A stretch of DNA of 64,000 nt, from contig CAVZVS010000004.1 of NCBI GenBank assembly GCA_963778815.1, positions 131,987 to 195,986 on the forward strand, written 5' to 3'. Both the position numbers and the translations under genes were made by a program. The notes beneath the pieces were generated by a model. The model was not told the DNA's origin. It ran no database searches and saw only the letters and a program-made list of their open reading frames with translations. Position 1 is the stretch's first letter, and each line of letters begins with the position of its first letter. Source of the stretch: an uncultured Chloroflexia bacterium. Lineage in GTDB: Bacteria; Chloroflexota; Limnocylindria; Limnocylindrales; CSP1-4. This document shows positions 34,433 through 45,222 of the stretch, piece after piece.

Positions 34433-34475
34433 CGATCGGGTCGGCATCCCCCAGGGCCGACCCCACCCCCGGAAT

Positions 34476-34537
34476 CAGAACGACCGCCGGGCGACCGGCG
34501 GTCGTTCTGCGATCTGCGATCGAGGCCAAAGGCCTCG
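34476..34537. terminator. two hairpins between convergent genes; the first is a perfect 15-bp stem
   Basis: cagaacgaccgccgg (34476-90), gcga, ccggcggtcgttctg (34495-509). Then cgaggcc (34521-27), aaa, ggcctcg (34531-37). Confidence 0.6.
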
Positions 34538-34580
34538 GATGATTGCTACCAGCGACGTCCCGCATCGGGTGCCATCGCCG

Positions 34581-34676
34581 TCAGCCCCACCGCATGCCGG
34601 CACCGAGACTGAGGGCGATCGTCGCCAGCAGCGCGATGGCGGTGGTGAAGCGCGCCAGGTTCGCCTTCACGGTCAT
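34581..34676 (-). CDS. 31-aa hydrophobic peptide (putative small membrane protein)
   Basis: ATG 34676 follows AGAGGTG. Sequence MTVKANLARFTTAIALLATIALSLGAGMRWG*. The hairpins above lie immediately downstream. It is very short and there is no homology evidence. Confidence 0.3.
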   Translation of the reverse strand: MTVKANLARFTTAIALLATIALSLGAGMRWG

Positions 34677-34977
34677 ACACCTCTGTGTCAGATCACATCG
34701 GTGGTCCGGCGGCCGGGCGGTCTCGAGGGGCTCGAGATCCCTGGCTTTGCGTCCCCGCCTCACGACGGGTTTGCCCTGGACGGTCCAGTCGATGGAGGAC
34801 GTTGATCGCCCTCGACCAGAACGCTAGGTCCAGTCCACGGCGGGACGAATGACCCATCGGTACCGGACGCACCGCGATTCCGGGGGAGGTTCCCGGATGC
34901 ACCGTGGCGTCGGCGCACCGGGTGTCGTGCCTCCCAGCCGTCGTAAGGTCGTGGCGTCGGCCGGTCCGGCGTGCGGG

Positions 34978-35526
34978 TCAGGCCGTGGCCGGTCCGCCGG
35001 CCGGCACCGGGCGACGCATCGCGACGACGATGGCGACGGCGATCCCGACTCCGATCAGGACATCGCCGAGGCTGAACACGTTGCTGAACGGGAGCCAGGC
35101 AGGCAGCGAGAAGAGGTCCGTCAAGGGGGCCAGGACCGGATCGGCCAGGACCGCGCTGTTCGAGTAGCCCGCGGCCGGTGCTCTGCCCGCAGCCGTGAGC
35201 GCCGCGGCCGATGCCGGCATGTAGCCGCCGTTGGCCACGATCGCGACCAGGTTGCAGGCGGCACCCAGTGCGACGATGGGCAGACCGGGGATCCGGATGT
35301 TGGCCATGAGGACGAGGAAGACGAGGCCGGTCGAGGCGACATAGGCGGGCGCGCCAAGCCAACCGATCCGCTCGCTGATCGGACCGGAGAAGATCAAGAC
35401 CTGGATCCCGAACCCGAGGACCGCCAACCAGGCGAACCGGAACTGAAGGGCGCCCAGGCCGGCCGGTCGACCACCGAGCAGGAGGCCGACGACCAGCCCG
35501 ACCAGCACGGCATACAGGATGAACAT
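34978..35526 (-). CDS. DUF5317-like integral membrane protein
   Basis: Inner part of ORF 34978..36273. ATG 35526 lies 15 nt after the GGDEF-EAL stop. 182 aa, about 5 TM helices (MFILYAVLVGLVVGLLLGG...). Confidence 0.6.
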   Translation of the reverse strand: MFILYAVLVGLVVGLLLGGRPAGLGALQFRFAWLAVLGFGIQVLIFSGPISERIGWLGAPAYVASTGLVFLVLMANIRIPGLPIVALGAACNLVAIVANGGYMPASAAALTAAGRAPAAGYSNSAVLADPVLAPLTDLFSLPAWLPFSNVFSLGDVLIGVGIAVAIVVAMRRPVPAGGPATA

Positions 35527-35540
35527 CGCTGCCGCCGCCC

Positions 35541-38333
35541 CTAGGTCCCGACCGGGAAGGTGACCGGGACGGGGGTCGGTCGGTCGAGGATGGCCTCGAC
35601 CCGGTGACTCTCGATGGGAGCCTCGAGGGTGACTCCCAGCAGCCGGGCCAGATGGTCGGCCGAGATCGGCCGGGCGAATAGGAAGCCCTGACCGAACTCG
35701 CAGCCGAGGCTGCGCAGCCGCTCCAGTTGACCTTGCTCCTCGATGCCTTCCGCGACGATCTTCAGACCGAGCGTCTGACCGAGGGCCACGATGGCGTGGG
35801 CGAACGCCCAGGTTTCTGGGTCGTCCTCCCCGGACACGACGAAGTCGCGGGCGATCTTGAGGATGTCCACGGGGAACCGACGCAGGTAGCCCAGCGACGA
35901 ATAGCCCGTTCCGAAGTCGTCTACGGCGATCCGCACGCCGAGCGCCCGGATCGCCTGGAGTCGGGTGATGGTGGTCGCGGTATCGCGGAACATCGCGGTC
36001 TCGGTCAGCTCGAGGACCAGGTCGGCCGGGTCGAAGCCGGTCTGGTCGAGGATGTCCCGGATGTCGTCGACGATATCCGCCCGCTGGAGCTGGAGGGGCG
36101 ACATGTTGACGCTCAGTAGGAGTCCCTCCGGGGCACCCGCCGCGCGCAAGGCGACCACGGTCCGGCAGGCCTCGGCCAGGACCCAGTGGCCGAGGGCCAG
36201 GATCGTCCCGTTCTCCTCGGCCAGAGTGATGAACTCGTCGGGCAGGGTCAGGCCACGGACCGGGTGGCGCCATCGCACGAGCGCCTCGACGCCGATCGTC
36301 CGGCCGCTATCGAGGGCCACGATCGGCTGGTAGTGGACGACCAGCTCGTTACGAGCCACGCTCCGCGACAGTTCGGCGGAGAGCTCGTGACGGGCGACGA
36401 TCGAGGCATGCATCGCCGGATCGAACACGGCGAAGCGGCGCTTGCCGGCTGCCTTGGCCGTGTACATCGCGACGTCGGCGTGGCGCAGGATGTCGTCGAC
36501 GTCCTCGGCCGGGGCGCCCGCCAGACCGGTCCGGGCCATGGCGATGCCGACGCTGACCCCGACCACGGTCTCCTGACCCAGGATCGGGAACGACATCCCG
36601 AGCAGATCGATCAGACGACGGGCGACCGCCAGCGAGTGGCGCAGGTCAAGCTGGTCGATGACCAGGATGGCGAACTCGTCGCCCCCCAGACGGGCGGCCA
36701 GATCACCCTCACGGATGGTGCTCCGGATCCGTTCGGCGACCGCCACGAGGAGCTGGTCCCCGGCGGCATGACCGAGGGTGTCGTTGACCACCTTGAAGTC
36801 GTCGAGGTCGAGGAACAGGACGACCGGGACCCGGTCGTCGCGGCGGTCGCGCAGGCGGATCGCGACCTGCTCGGCGAAGAGCGCCCGATTGGGCAGATCG
36901 GTCAGCGGGTCGTGGTAGGCCTGGTAGCGGAGCTGCTCCTTGAGTCTGCCCAGCTCGGCCAGCGACTGCTCGAGTTGGCCGTTCTCAAGGGCCACGGCGA
37001 CCTGGCTGGCCAGAGTCTCCAGCAGCCGCAGGTCGTCGTCGCTGAAGGTGCTGCCCTCGGTCGCCCGGTTGACGATGGACAGGATGCCGATCGTGCCCGA
37101 TTCACCGACCAGCGGGGCGACCATCGCCTGGCGGATGGCCATCCGGCGGCCGCCCGGGGTGCTCGGCGGAGTGGCGAAGAAGGCACGCTGCTCGGCCTTG
37201 GCCCGGGCCCGGACCGGCTCGCCGTCGAGCAACTCGACCGGGACCATCAACTCGGAGTCCGCATCCTGTACCGACGTGGTCCGGAGCGGCTGTCCATCGC
37301 TGGTCACGGGCTCGAGGAGGACTTCGGCGAGCTCGGCCCGGAACATGTCCCGGGCATGGTCGAGCAGCGCGATCAGGGCTCGGTCGAGCTCGGGCGAGTG
37401 CTGCAGGATCCGGCTGGACTGGTAGAGCAGCTCGAGGCGCTCGTGCTTCTCACGCTCCGAGACGTAGGCCCGATAGGCCACGAACAGGGTGATCAGGGGG
37501 ACGGCCAGCAGACCCATCGCGATCGGTTCGATCCACAGGATGGTCACCGCCAGCAGGGCCAGACTGGTGTTGGCCAACGCCACCAGCCCGCCGAACTCGA
37601 TCATCTCGGGCAGCTTCTGGAACTGTGGGGCTCCGCCGGACAGGACGATGACCGTGGCGATGGTCAGGGCGCTGATGACGGCCCCCAGGAAGGTCGCCAT
37701 CATGGCCGCCAGCCAGTCGATCGGGGCGGGCGGTCCCTCGAAGGTGCCGATCGCCCGGAAGACGGTCAGGCCGACCACGGCGATGAACGCGTAGTTGGCC
37801 AGGTTGAACCCGACGCGCAGCGGCGACTGGCGCGATTGGACCACCAGGGCGACCCCGGAACCGACCAGCAGGCCGATCAGGAAGTCCGTCGGCGCCATCA
37901 GGAAGAAGCCGATGACCGCGGGCAGCTCGCTCAGTGAGAACGAGTGGGTCTCGCGCCGGAAGTGGACGTCGATGACCTTGGCCTCGGTCACGAAGAAGGC
38001 CACGGCGATCAACGGCCAGGGCACCGAGACCGGTGCGGGCAGGGTCGTCATCCCCCGCACGAACCCGAGGTAGACGGTGCTAGCGGCCACTGCCAATGCG
38101 AGGCTGAACAAGCCGACCCGGATGACGGCAGCGTGGGCCGTCAAGCGCGACCGGACGGTCCCGATGACCGCATCGGACGGTGGATATGCGTGGGCCACCG
38201 ACGGATTGTCCTCTTCCAAGGGGGCATCGGGGTCAACCCCGAAGTACCGGCCGGGACCGGTACAGATAGGGGAGGAGTGGACGGTTCCCGGCGGGACAGC
38301 GGCGGTCCCGGAGCCCTCCCCAGGCCGGTCCAT
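35541..38333 (-). CDS. membrane sensor - GAF - GGDEF - EAL protein (c-di-GMP turnover)
   Basis: ORF of 930 aa. N-terminal multi-TM region, a GAF-like segment, [10 protein letters not shown] (GGDEF), [11 protein letters not shown] (EAL). The true start is probably downstream of 38333 (e.g. a GTG near 38190), because only 26 nt separate it from the divergent leuC. Confidence 0.8.
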   Translation of the reverse strand: MDRPGEGSGTAAVPPGTVHSSPICTGPGRYFGVDPDAPLEEDNPSVAHAYPPSDAVIGTVRSRLTAHAAVIRVGLFSLALAVAASTVYLGFVRGMTTLPAPVSVPWPLIAVAFFVTEAKVIDVHFRRETHSFSLSELPAVIGFFLMAPTDFLIGLLVGSGVALVVQSRQSPLRVGFNLANYAFIAVVGLTVFRAIGTFEGPPAPIDWLAAMMATFLGAVISALTIATVIVLSGGAPQFQKLPEMIEFGGLVALANTSLALLAVTILWIEPIAMGLLAVPLITLFVAYRAYVSEREKHERLELLYQSSRILQHSPELDRALIALLDHARDMFRAELAEVLLEPVTSDGQPLRTTSVQDADSELMVPVELLDGEPVRARAKAEQRAFFATPPSTPGGRRMAIRQAMVAPLVGESGTIGILSIVNRATEGSTFSDDDLRLLETLASQVAVALENGQLEQSLAELGRLKEQLRYQAYHDPLTDLPNRALFAEQVAIRLRDRRDDRVPVVLFLDLDDFKVVNDTLGHAAGDQLLVAVAERIRSTIREGDLAARLGGDEFAILVIDQLDLRHSLAVARRLIDLLGMSFPILGQETVVGVSVGIAMARTGLAGAPAEDVDDILRHADVAMYTAKAAGKRRFAVFDPAMHASIVARHELSAELSRSVARNELVVHYQPIVALDSGRTIGVEALVRWRHPVRGLTLPDEFITLAEENGTILALGHWVLAEACRTVVALRAAGAPEGLLLSVNMSPLQLQRADIVDDIRDILDQTGFDPADLVLELTETAMFRDTATTITRLQAIRALGVRIAVDDFGTGYSSLGYLRRFPVDILKIARDFVVSGEDDPETWAFAHAIVALGQTLGLKIVAEGIEEQGQLERLRSLGCEFGQGFLFARPISADHLARLLGVTLEAPIESHRVEAILDRPTPVPVTFPVGT

Positions 38334-38359
38334 GCCGAGCCTCTGGTACCCTCCCAGCC

Positions 38360-39805
38360 ATGTCTGCCAACGCCCCCCGAACCCTCGTCGCCAAGATCTG
38401 GGATGAGCACGTCGTCAGCGACGAGCCAGGTGCCCCGACCGTCCTGGCGATCGACCTCCATCTCGTCCACGAGGTCACCAGCCCACAGGCGTTCACCGGA
38501 TTGCGGACGCGCGGACTGACCGTCCGGCGCCCCGGCCAGACCGTCGCCACCGCGGACCACTCGATCCCGACTCACGACCGCAGCCTGCCCATCGCCGACG
38601 CCATGGCCGCGGCCCAGGTCCAGCAGCTGACCGACAACTGCGCCGAGTTCGGGATCCCACTCCATGGCCTGGGCTCGCCCAACCAGGGCATCGTCCACAT
38701 CATCGGCCCGGAGCTGGGTCTGACCCAGCCGGGCATGACCATCGTCTGCGGTGACTCGCACACTGCCACCCACGGCGCGTTCGGCGCGCTCGCCTTCGGG
38801 ATCGGCACGAGCGAGGTCGAGATGGTCCTGGCCAGCCAGTGCCTGCTCCAACGCCGGCCGAAGACCTACGAGGTCCGGGTCGACGGTCGACTGTCGGCCG
38901 GGGTCGGGGCCAAGGACATCATCCTGGCCCTGATCGCCCGGATCGGCATCGGTGGCGGTACCGGTCATGTCTTCGAGTACACCGGCGAGGCCATCCGGGC
39001 CCTGACCATGGAACAGCGCATGACGATCTGCAACATGAGCATCGAGGGTGGCGCACGGGCGGGCCTTGTGGCCCCCGACGAAACAACCTTCGCCTATGTC
39101 GAGGGACGGCCATTCGCGCCCCGCGGACCGGCCTGGGACGAGGCGGTCGCCCGCTGGCGACGTTTGCCGACCGACGACGGCGCCAGCTACGACCGGTCGA
39201 TCAGCATCGACGCCTCGACCCTCGAACCGATGGTCACCTACGGGACGAATCCGGGCATGGGCATCCCGATCACCGGCCTCGTCCCCTCCCCCGAGGACCA
39301 GGCCGACCCAAGCCAGCGCCGCGCTCTCGAGCGCGCGCTCGAATACATGGACCTGGTCCCCGGTCAACCGCTCCTCGGTCGCCCGGTCGACGTCGTGTTC
39401 ATCGGCAGCTGCACCAACGGCCGGATCAGCGACCTGCGTCTGGCCGCCTCGGTCCTGCGCGATCGGAAGGTCGCCCCAGGCGTCCGGGTGATGGTCGTCC
39501 CGGGTAGCCAGGAAGTGAAGAAGGAAGCCGAGAACGAGGGGCTGGCAGACATCTTCAAGGCCGCCGGCGCGGAGTGGCGCGAGGCGGGCTGCTCGATGTG
39601 CATCGCGATGAACGGCGATCAGCTGACCCCGGGCCAGTACGCCATCTCGACCTCGAACCGCAACTTCGAGGGTCGCCAGGGGGCGGGCGGGCGCTCGTTC
39701 CTGGCCTCGCCATTGACCGCCGCGGCCGCCGCCATCACCGGAGTCGTGACCGACCCTCGGACGCTGCCCGGCATCGAGGCCGCGGCCGGCCTGGGCGGGC
39801 GCTGA
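38360..39805 (+). CDS. leuC: 3-isopropylmalate dehydratase large subunit
   Basis: ORF of 481 aa. [11 protein letters not shown]...[14 protein letters not shown]...CGDSHT...[11 protein letters not shown]. Confidence 0.92.
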   Translation: MSANAPRTLVAKIWDEHVVSDEPGAPTVLAIDLHLVHEVTSPQAFTGLRTRGLTVRRPGQTVATADHSIPTHDRSLPIADAMAAAQVQQLTDNCAEFGIPLHGLGSPNQGIVHIIGPELGLTQPGMTIVCGDSHTATHGAFGALAFGIGTSEVEMVLASQCLLQRRPKTYEVRVDGRLSAGVGAKDIILALIARIGIGGGTGHVFEYTGEAIRALTMEQRMTICNMSIEGGARAGLVAPDETTFAYVEGRPFAPRGPAWDEAVARWRRLPTDDGASYDRSISIDASTLEPMVTYGTNPGMGIPITGLVPSPEDQADPSQRRALERALEYMDLVPGQPLLGRPVDVVFIGSCTNGRISDLRLAASVLRDRKVAPGVRVMVVPGSQEVKKEAENEGLADIFKAAGAEWREAGCSMCIAMNGDQLTPGQYAISTSNRNFEGRQGAGGRSFLASPLTAAAAAITGVVTDPRTLPGIEAAAGLGGR

Positions 39806-39806
39806 C

Positions 39807-40430
39807 GTGACGACCCGGTTCACCTCGTTCAGCAGCGCGGTCATCCCGCTCCCGGCCGAGAACATCGACACCGACCAGATCGTGCCGGCCCGCTACCTCA
39901 AGGTGACGGCCAAGGACGGCCTGCGCGACGCGCTCTTCCACGACTGGCGCTACGACGCTGACGGTGGCCTCAAGGAGCCGCTTTTCGTGATGGATCGGCT
40001 GGCCATGGCCGATCGCCGGATCCTCCTCGTCGGCGACAACTTCGGGACGGGCTCGTCCCGCGAGCACGCACCCTGGGCGCTGGTCGCCTGGGGCATCCGG
40101 GCGGTCATCTCGACCAGCTTCGCCGACATCTTCCGGAGCAACGCCCTCAAGAACGGCCTCCTGCCCATCGCCGTCGAGGCGGAGCGCCACCGCCAACTGT
40201 TCGAGCTGCTCGAGAGCCAGCCACGGGTCGAGTTGACGGTCGATCTCGAGGCCCAGGTCGTCCATCTCCCAGGGGACGAGGACCTGCCGTTCGAGGTCGA
40301 CCCGTTCGCCAAGGAGATGCTCCTGGCCGGCACGGACGAGATGGGCTGGCTGCTCGCCCGCGACCCGGCCATCGCGGCCTACGAGGTGGCCCATCCGGCG
40401 CGGGTCGACACGCTGGCCGACGCGGGCTGA
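39807..40430 (+). CDS. leuD: 3-isopropylmalate dehydratase small subunit
   Basis: ORF of 207 aa. GTG one nt after the leuC stop. ...NIDTDQIVPARYLK...GDNFGTGSSREHAPWAL. Confidence 0.9.
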   Translation: MTTRFTSFSSAVIPLPAENIDTDQIVPARYLKVTAKDGLRDALFHDWRYDADGGLKEPLFVMDRLAMADRRILLVGDNFGTGSSREHAPWALVAWGIRAVISTSFADIFRSNALKNGLLPIAVEAERHRQLFELLESQPRVELTVDLEAQVVHLPGDEDLPFEVDPFAKEMLLAGTDEMGWLLARDPAIAAYEVAHPARVDTLADAG

Positions 40431-40494
40431 CCTCCCGGCGGCGAGCGCCGCCCGCGTCAGGGAACCGATCGGGCCGGCCGGTCGTCTGGCGGTC

Positions 40495-41040
40495 ATGAAC
40501 CCGACCATCCGAACCATCCTGCTGGCCGCGACGGTGACGCTCGCCAGCGCCTGTACCGCACCGGGCGCCGGCGGCCCGAGCGCTCCCCCGACGACCACCC
40601 CGAGCGATCCCGCCGGCGGCGGTTCGGCGGGCGACCCGGGTGTCGCGATCGACCTGCCGCTCGTCCCGGGCCAGGACAGCCCAGGCCCGACGGACGAGCC
40701 GCAGCCGACGATCGTCCTGGCCGAGCCCGGGCGCCTCGATGTCCATCCGATCGGAGCGACCCGGGTCGCAGCCAGCGCGACCGGCCGCCGGGTCACCGCC
40801 CGGGTCAGCTGGTGGAGCGGGGTCGCCCCCTGTTCGGTCCTCGACTCCGTGAACGTGGTCAAGACCGGGGCGGACATCGTCCTGACCGTCCGCGAGGGCG
40901 CCGATCGGCGTGGCGTCGCCTGCATCGAGCTGGCCATGTTCAAGGCCACCCTCGTGGACCTCGGCGAACTGGCGCCCGGGACCTACACCGTGTCCGCGTT
41001 CGGCCAGGCACCACCGGTCGAGGTCGTCGTCGTGGGCTGA
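40495..41040 (+). CDS. lipoprotein of unknown function
   Basis: ORF of 181 aa. Signal peptide with lipobox LLAATVTLASAC, then a Pro/Thr/Gly linker. Confidence 0.6.
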   Translation: MNPTIRTILLAATVTLASACTAPGAGGPSAPPTTTPSDPAGGGSAGDPGVAIDLPLVPGQDSPGPTDEPQPTIVLAEPGRLDVHPIGATRVAASATGRRVTARVSWWSGVAPCSVLDSVNVVKTGADIVLTVREGADRRGVACIELAMFKATLVDLGELAPGTYTVSAFGQAPPVEVVVVG

Positions 41041-41092
41041 GGCCGGTGACGGGGCGAGGGCGGCTTCCGCCAGCGTCGTCGATACTTCCCCG

Positions 41093-42274
41093 GTGAACCT
41101 CATCGACGTCGGGATCGTCATCCTGCTCGGCTTCGGCCTCGTCGCGGGCTGGCGCTCCGGCTTCTTCCCGCAGATCCTGGGGCTGGCCGGCGCCGCGGCC
41201 GGCGCCGCGATCGTCGTTCTGGCCTTGCCCTTTGCCCGTGGCTTCCTCGACGGGCTCGACCCGGCCCTCCGGGCCATCGGGGTCCTGGTGGCGCTGCTGG
41301 CGGCCATCGGCATCGGCGAGGCCATCGGCTCGAGCATCGGGGCACGGATCGGGAGCCGCCTCGGCGACGGCGTCCTGGGCGGCCTCGACCGGGCCGCCGG
41401 TGCGCTGGCCGGGTTCGCCCAGGGGCTCCTCGTCGTGTGGCTCGTGGGCGGGCTGTTGGCTGCCGGACCGGTCCCACAGATGGCCGCCCAGGCCCAGGGC
41501 TCGCGGTTCATCCACACCATCACCGACGTCCTGCCGCCCCCGACCGCCTATGTCGACGAGCTGGCAGGCTGGCTGGATGCCACGGGCCTGCCCGAAGTCT
41601 TCATCGGGCTCGAGCCGTTCCCGGCGGCGCCGGTCGACCGCCCGACCGACGCCCAGGCGCAGACGATCGGCCGGCTCGCCGCGGCGAGCACCCTGGCCGT
41701 CCGGGCGACCGCCTGCGGCCGGGTCTCCACCGGCACCGGGTTCGTGGTCGGTCCGGGCGGCTACGTCGTCACCAACGCTCACGTGGTCGCCGGGTCCAAG
41801 GCGGTCGTGGTCGCCTTCGACGGCGCCGGCCCGGTCGATGCCGACGTCGTCCTGTTCGACCCGAAGCTCGACATCGCGGTCCTTCGCGCACCGAAGATCA
41901 AGGCCGCGCCACTCGAGTTCGCCAGTGCCGACCCCAAGCGCGGGACGCTCGGCGCCGCCCTCGGCCACCCGGGCGGCGCGGCGCTCAGCATCATCCCGGC
42001 CGCGGTCTCGAGCAGTTACATGGCGGAGGGTCGCGACCTGTATGGCAGCGGTCGCGTCCGGCGTCAGATCGTGGAGCTCCGCGCCGACATCGAGCGTGGC
42101 GACAGCGGTGGCCCCCTGATCCTGCCCGACGGCACGGTCGGCGGGGTCGTCTACGCCGAAGCCCTGAGCGATCCATCGGTCGGCTACGCCCTGGCCCCGG
42201 GACCGGTGGCAGATCGGGTCCGACCCGCCCTCGACGCGACCGCTAAGGCCGCCACCGGCGAGTGCACGAGATGA
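41093..42274 (+). CDS. CvpA-family membrane domain fused to a trypsin-like serine protease (MarP-like)
   Basis: In-frame part of ORF 40910..42274; GTG 41093 (VNLIDVGIVILLGFGL...). 4 TM helices, then VVTNAHVV (His), DIAVLR (Asp), GDSGGP (Ser). Confidence 0.75.
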   Translation: MNLIDVGIVILLGFGLVAGWRSGFFPQILGLAGAAAGAAIVVLALPFARGFLDGLDPALRAIGVLVALLAAIGIGEAIGSSIGARIGSRLGDGVLGGLDRAAGALAGFAQGLLVVWLVGGLLAAGPVPQMAAQAQGSRFIHTITDVLPPPTAYVDELAGWLDATGLPEVFIGLEPFPAAPVDRPTDAQAQTIGRLAAASTLAVRATACGRVSTGTGFVVGPGGYVVTNAHVVAGSKAVVVAFDGAGPVDADVVLFDPKLDIAVLRAPKIKAAPLEFASADPKRGTLGAALGHPGGAALSIIPAAVSSSYMAEGRDLYGSGRVRRQIVELRADIERGDSGGPLILPDGTVGGVVYAEALSDPSVGYALAPGPVADRVRPALDATAKAATGECTR

Positions 42275-43971
42275 CGTCCAGCGGACTGGCCGGACTGGCC
42301 GATGCGGCCTGGTCCGGCTCGCTGGCTGCCGATCCGGTCGGCGCGACCTCGATCGGCGACCGTCGCTTCGACGACCGGCTCGAGGACGTCTCGCCGGGAG
42401 CCGTCGCGGCCGAACGCCGGCGCCTCACCGAGCTGCTTCACGAAGTCCGCCAGGTCGCACCCGACGATCTCGACGCTGCCGAAGCCACCACCCGCGAGGC
42501 GCTCATCGCCTTCGTCCAGATGGGTCTCGACCTGAACGAGTCGGGACTCGATCGCTGGTCGATCGATCCGCTCGAAGGGCCTCAGGTCCGGCTCCTCAAC
42601 CTGGCCTCCTTCCAACCGCTGGCCACGCCCGCCGACGGCGATCGCCTGCTGGCGCGTTGGGGTGCGATGGATCGCCTCCTCGAACAGCACAGCGCCAACA
42701 TCCGCCAGGCGTTGGGTGACGGCTTCGTGTCGGCCGAGGCCCCGGTGCGCAAGGTCGTCGATGAGCTCGACGACCTGCTGGCCGGCCCGGCCGGTTCGGC
42801 TGCCCTCCTGGCTCCTGCGCGGACCAACCGACCGACCTGGTCCGAGGCCGACCGGGCACGCTTCGATACGGCCCTCGAGGCGGTCGTCGCCGAGCGCATC
42901 CTGCCGGCCTTCGCGGCCTACCGCCGGATGCTCGTCGACGAGATCGTGCCTCGGGCTCGCTCCAACGAGCGACCGGGGCTGGGCGACGTCGCGGGCGGGC
43001 CCGAGGCCTACCGACGGCTCATCCGGGCGCACACCTCGCTCGAGCGGTCGGCCGAGGAGATCCATCGGATCGGCCTGGACGAGATCGAGCGGATCGATGG
43101 CGAACTCGAGATGCTCACAGGACGAGTCCTGGGCAGCCCCGACCGAGCCACCGCGGTCGCCCGGCTGCGGGCCGACCCGAGCCTCCACTTCGCGACCAGC
43201 GCCGAGGTCGTGGCGACGGCCGAGGCCGCCCTCGCCCGAGCCCAGGCCGCCACCCCCGACTGGTTCGGGATCCTGCCCCGGGCCGCGTGCGACGTCGTCG
43301 AGATGGAGTCGCATGAGTCGAAGCACTCGACCATCGCCTACTACCTCCAGCCGGCCGAGGACGGCAGCCGGCCCGGGCGCTACTACCTCAACAGCAGTGC
43401 CCCGGGCAGCCGGCCACGCTACGAGGCCGAGGCTCTGGCCTTCCATGAGGCTGTACCAGGTCATCACTTGCAGCTGGCGATCGGCCAGCAGCTGACCGAC
43501 CTGCCGGCCTTCCGACGCCATGCTGGGACGACCGCCTACTTCGAGGGCTGGGGCCTGTATGCCGAGCGGCTGAGCGATGAGATGGGCCTCTACAGCAGCG
43601 ATCTGGACCGGATCGGGATCGCCTCATTCGACGGTTGGCGCGCCTCGCGTCTGGTCGTCGACACGGGTATGCACGCGCTGGGCTGGTCACGCGATCGAGC
43701 CATCGCGTTCATGCACGAGCACACCGCCCTGGCTCCGGACAACATCGCCAACGAGGTCGACCGCTACATCACCTGGCCGGGTCAGGCGCTGGCCTACAAG
43801 CTGGGCCAGCTGGAGATCCTGCGGTTGCGAGCGGCCGCCCGCGACCGGCTCGGAGCCAGGTTCGACATCCGGGCCTTCCACGACGCAGTCCTCGGTCAGG
43901 GCGCCCTGCCCCTGTCCACGCTGGCCACGGTCGTCGAGACGCAGCTCGGCGGAGACCCGCCCGAGGCCTAG
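42271..43971 (+). CDS. DUF885 family (putative metallopeptidase) protein
   Basis: ORF 42262..43971; ATG 42271 overlaps the upstream stop (ATGA). Motif FHEAVPGHHLQ. Confidence 0.75.
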   Translation: MTSSGLAGLADAAWSGSLAADPVGATSIGDRRFDDRLEDVSPGAVAAERRRLTELLHEVRQVAPDDLDAAEATTREALIAFVQMGLDLNESGLDRWSIDPLEGPQVRLLNLASFQPLATPADGDRLLARWGAMDRLLEQHSANIRQALGDGFVSAEAPVRKVVDELDDLLAGPAGSAALLAPARTNRPTWSEADRARFDTALEAVVAERILPAFAAYRRMLVDEIVPRARSNERPGLGDVAGGPEAYRRLIRAHTSLERSAEEIHRIGLDEIERIDGELEMLTGRVLGSPDRATAVARLRADPSLHFATSAEVVATAEAALARAQAATPDWFGILPRAACDVVEMESHESKHSTIAYYLQPAEDGSRPGRYYLNSSAPGSRPRYEAEALAFHEAVPGHHLQLAIGQQLTDLPAFRRHAGTTAYFEGWGLYAERLSDEMGLYSSDLDRIGIASFDGWRASRLVVDTGMHALGWSRDRAIAFMHEHTALAPDNIANEVDRYITWPGQALAYKLGQLEILRLRAAARDRLGARFDIRAFHDAVLGQGALPLSTLATVVETQLGGDPPEA

Positions 43972-45173
43972 ACGACGTGGCCTTCGGGAACGGTCTCGGC
44001 GGCGAACCGGTCGAGCCCCAGCGACCCGATGTCGACGGTCCGGGCTATGCCCTCGAACACGATCTCGGCCAGCAGCTTGCCCACGATCGGCGCGTGCTGG
44101 AAACCGTGCCCGCTGAACCCGTTGGCGAGCAGCAGGCCGTCCAGGCCGGGGACCCCACCCAGGATCGGATGGCGGTCCGGGGTCATCTCGTAGAGGCCCA
44201 CCCAGCTGTGGGCGATGGCCGCCTCAGCCAAGGCCGGCAGGACCTGGATCGCCGTCGGCAGCAGCTCCTCGGCGACGAACCGCTGGTCGACCCTGGTCTC
44301 GAAGGTGGGCTCCCCGGCAGGATCGCCCATGCCCATCAGGACGCCGTCCCCTTCGCGGTGGAAGTAGAAGCTGCTGGCCGCATCGATGACCAGGGTCCGG
44401 CGGCTAGGCACGCCCGGGAATGGATCGGTCACCAGGACGACCCGCGGCAGCGGCTCGAGGGGCAGCTCCACACCAGCGGTCGCGGCCAACAACCCTGCCC
44501 AGGGACCTGCGGCGTTCACCACCAGCCCCGTCGCGACCGTGCCCCGGTCCGTCTCGACGCCGGTGACCCGACCCGAGGCGGTCACGATGCGCTCGACCGA
44601 CACGCCGGTCAGGATCCGGGCGCCGGCACGACGAGCGGCGCCGGCATAGCCGAGGGTCAGGCCCGACGGATCGGCGATGCCGTCCTGAGCGCAGTACGTC
44701 GCGCCGACCACGTCGTCGACGGTCAGCCCCGGGACCAGTCCGGCGACCTCCGAGGCATCGAGCAGCTCGACGGCAACGCCCAGCCCGCGCTGCATCTCCG
44801 CTGCCCGCCGGTAGGCGGCCCACGTCTGCGGGTCCCGGATGACGAACAGGTAGCCGTCCTGAGTGACGTCGAGGGGCAGCCCGTGGGTCGCGCTGAAGCC
44901 GGTGATGAGGGGGATGCTGGCCAGCGACAGGCGGACGTTGACAGGGCTCGAGAACTGGTGCCGGAAGCCGCCGGCGCAGTGCCCCGTCGAGCCCGTCCCG
45001 AGCGCTGTCTCGCGCTCGAGCAGGAGGACGGATCCCGCGCCGGCAGCGGCCAGGTGGTACGCAGCGCTGACGCCGACCGCGCCGCCGCCGACCACGACGA
45101 CGTCGGCCGCCCGGGGCAAGGAGCTGCTGTCGGCAAGGCCAGGGGTCACCGTGGCATCGTACCGAACGTACAC
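43968..45173 (-). CDS. FAD-dependent oxidoreductase (DAO / sarcosine-oxidase-beta-like)
   Basis: ORF of 401 aa. DVVVVGGGAVGVSAAYHLA dinucleotide-binding motif. Its stop shares the CTAG at 43968-71 with the convergent DUF885 stop. Confidence 0.8.
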   Translation of the reverse strand: MYVRYDATVTPGLADSSSLPRAADVVVVGGGAVGVSAAYHLAAAGAGSVLLLERETALGTGSTGHCAGGFRHQFSSPVNVRLSLASIPLITGFSATHGLPLDVTQDGYLFVIRDPQTWAAYRRAAEMQRGLGVAVELLDASEVAGLVPGLTVDDVVGATYCAQDGIADPSGLTLGYAGAARRAGARILTGVSVERIVTASGRVTGVETDRGTVATGLVVNAAGPWAGLLAATAGVELPLEPLPRVVLVTDPFPGVPSRRTLVIDAASSFYFHREGDGVLMGMGDPAGEPTFETRVDQRFVAEELLPTAIQVLPALAEAAIAHSWVGLYEMTPDRHPILGGVPGLDGLLLANGFSGHGFQHAPIVGKLLAEIVFEGIARTVDIGSLGLDRFAAETVPEGHVV

Positions 45174-45222
45174 TTGAGACTCGTCGTCAGCACACCGTCG
45201 AGCCGACCGAGGACGCCATCCG

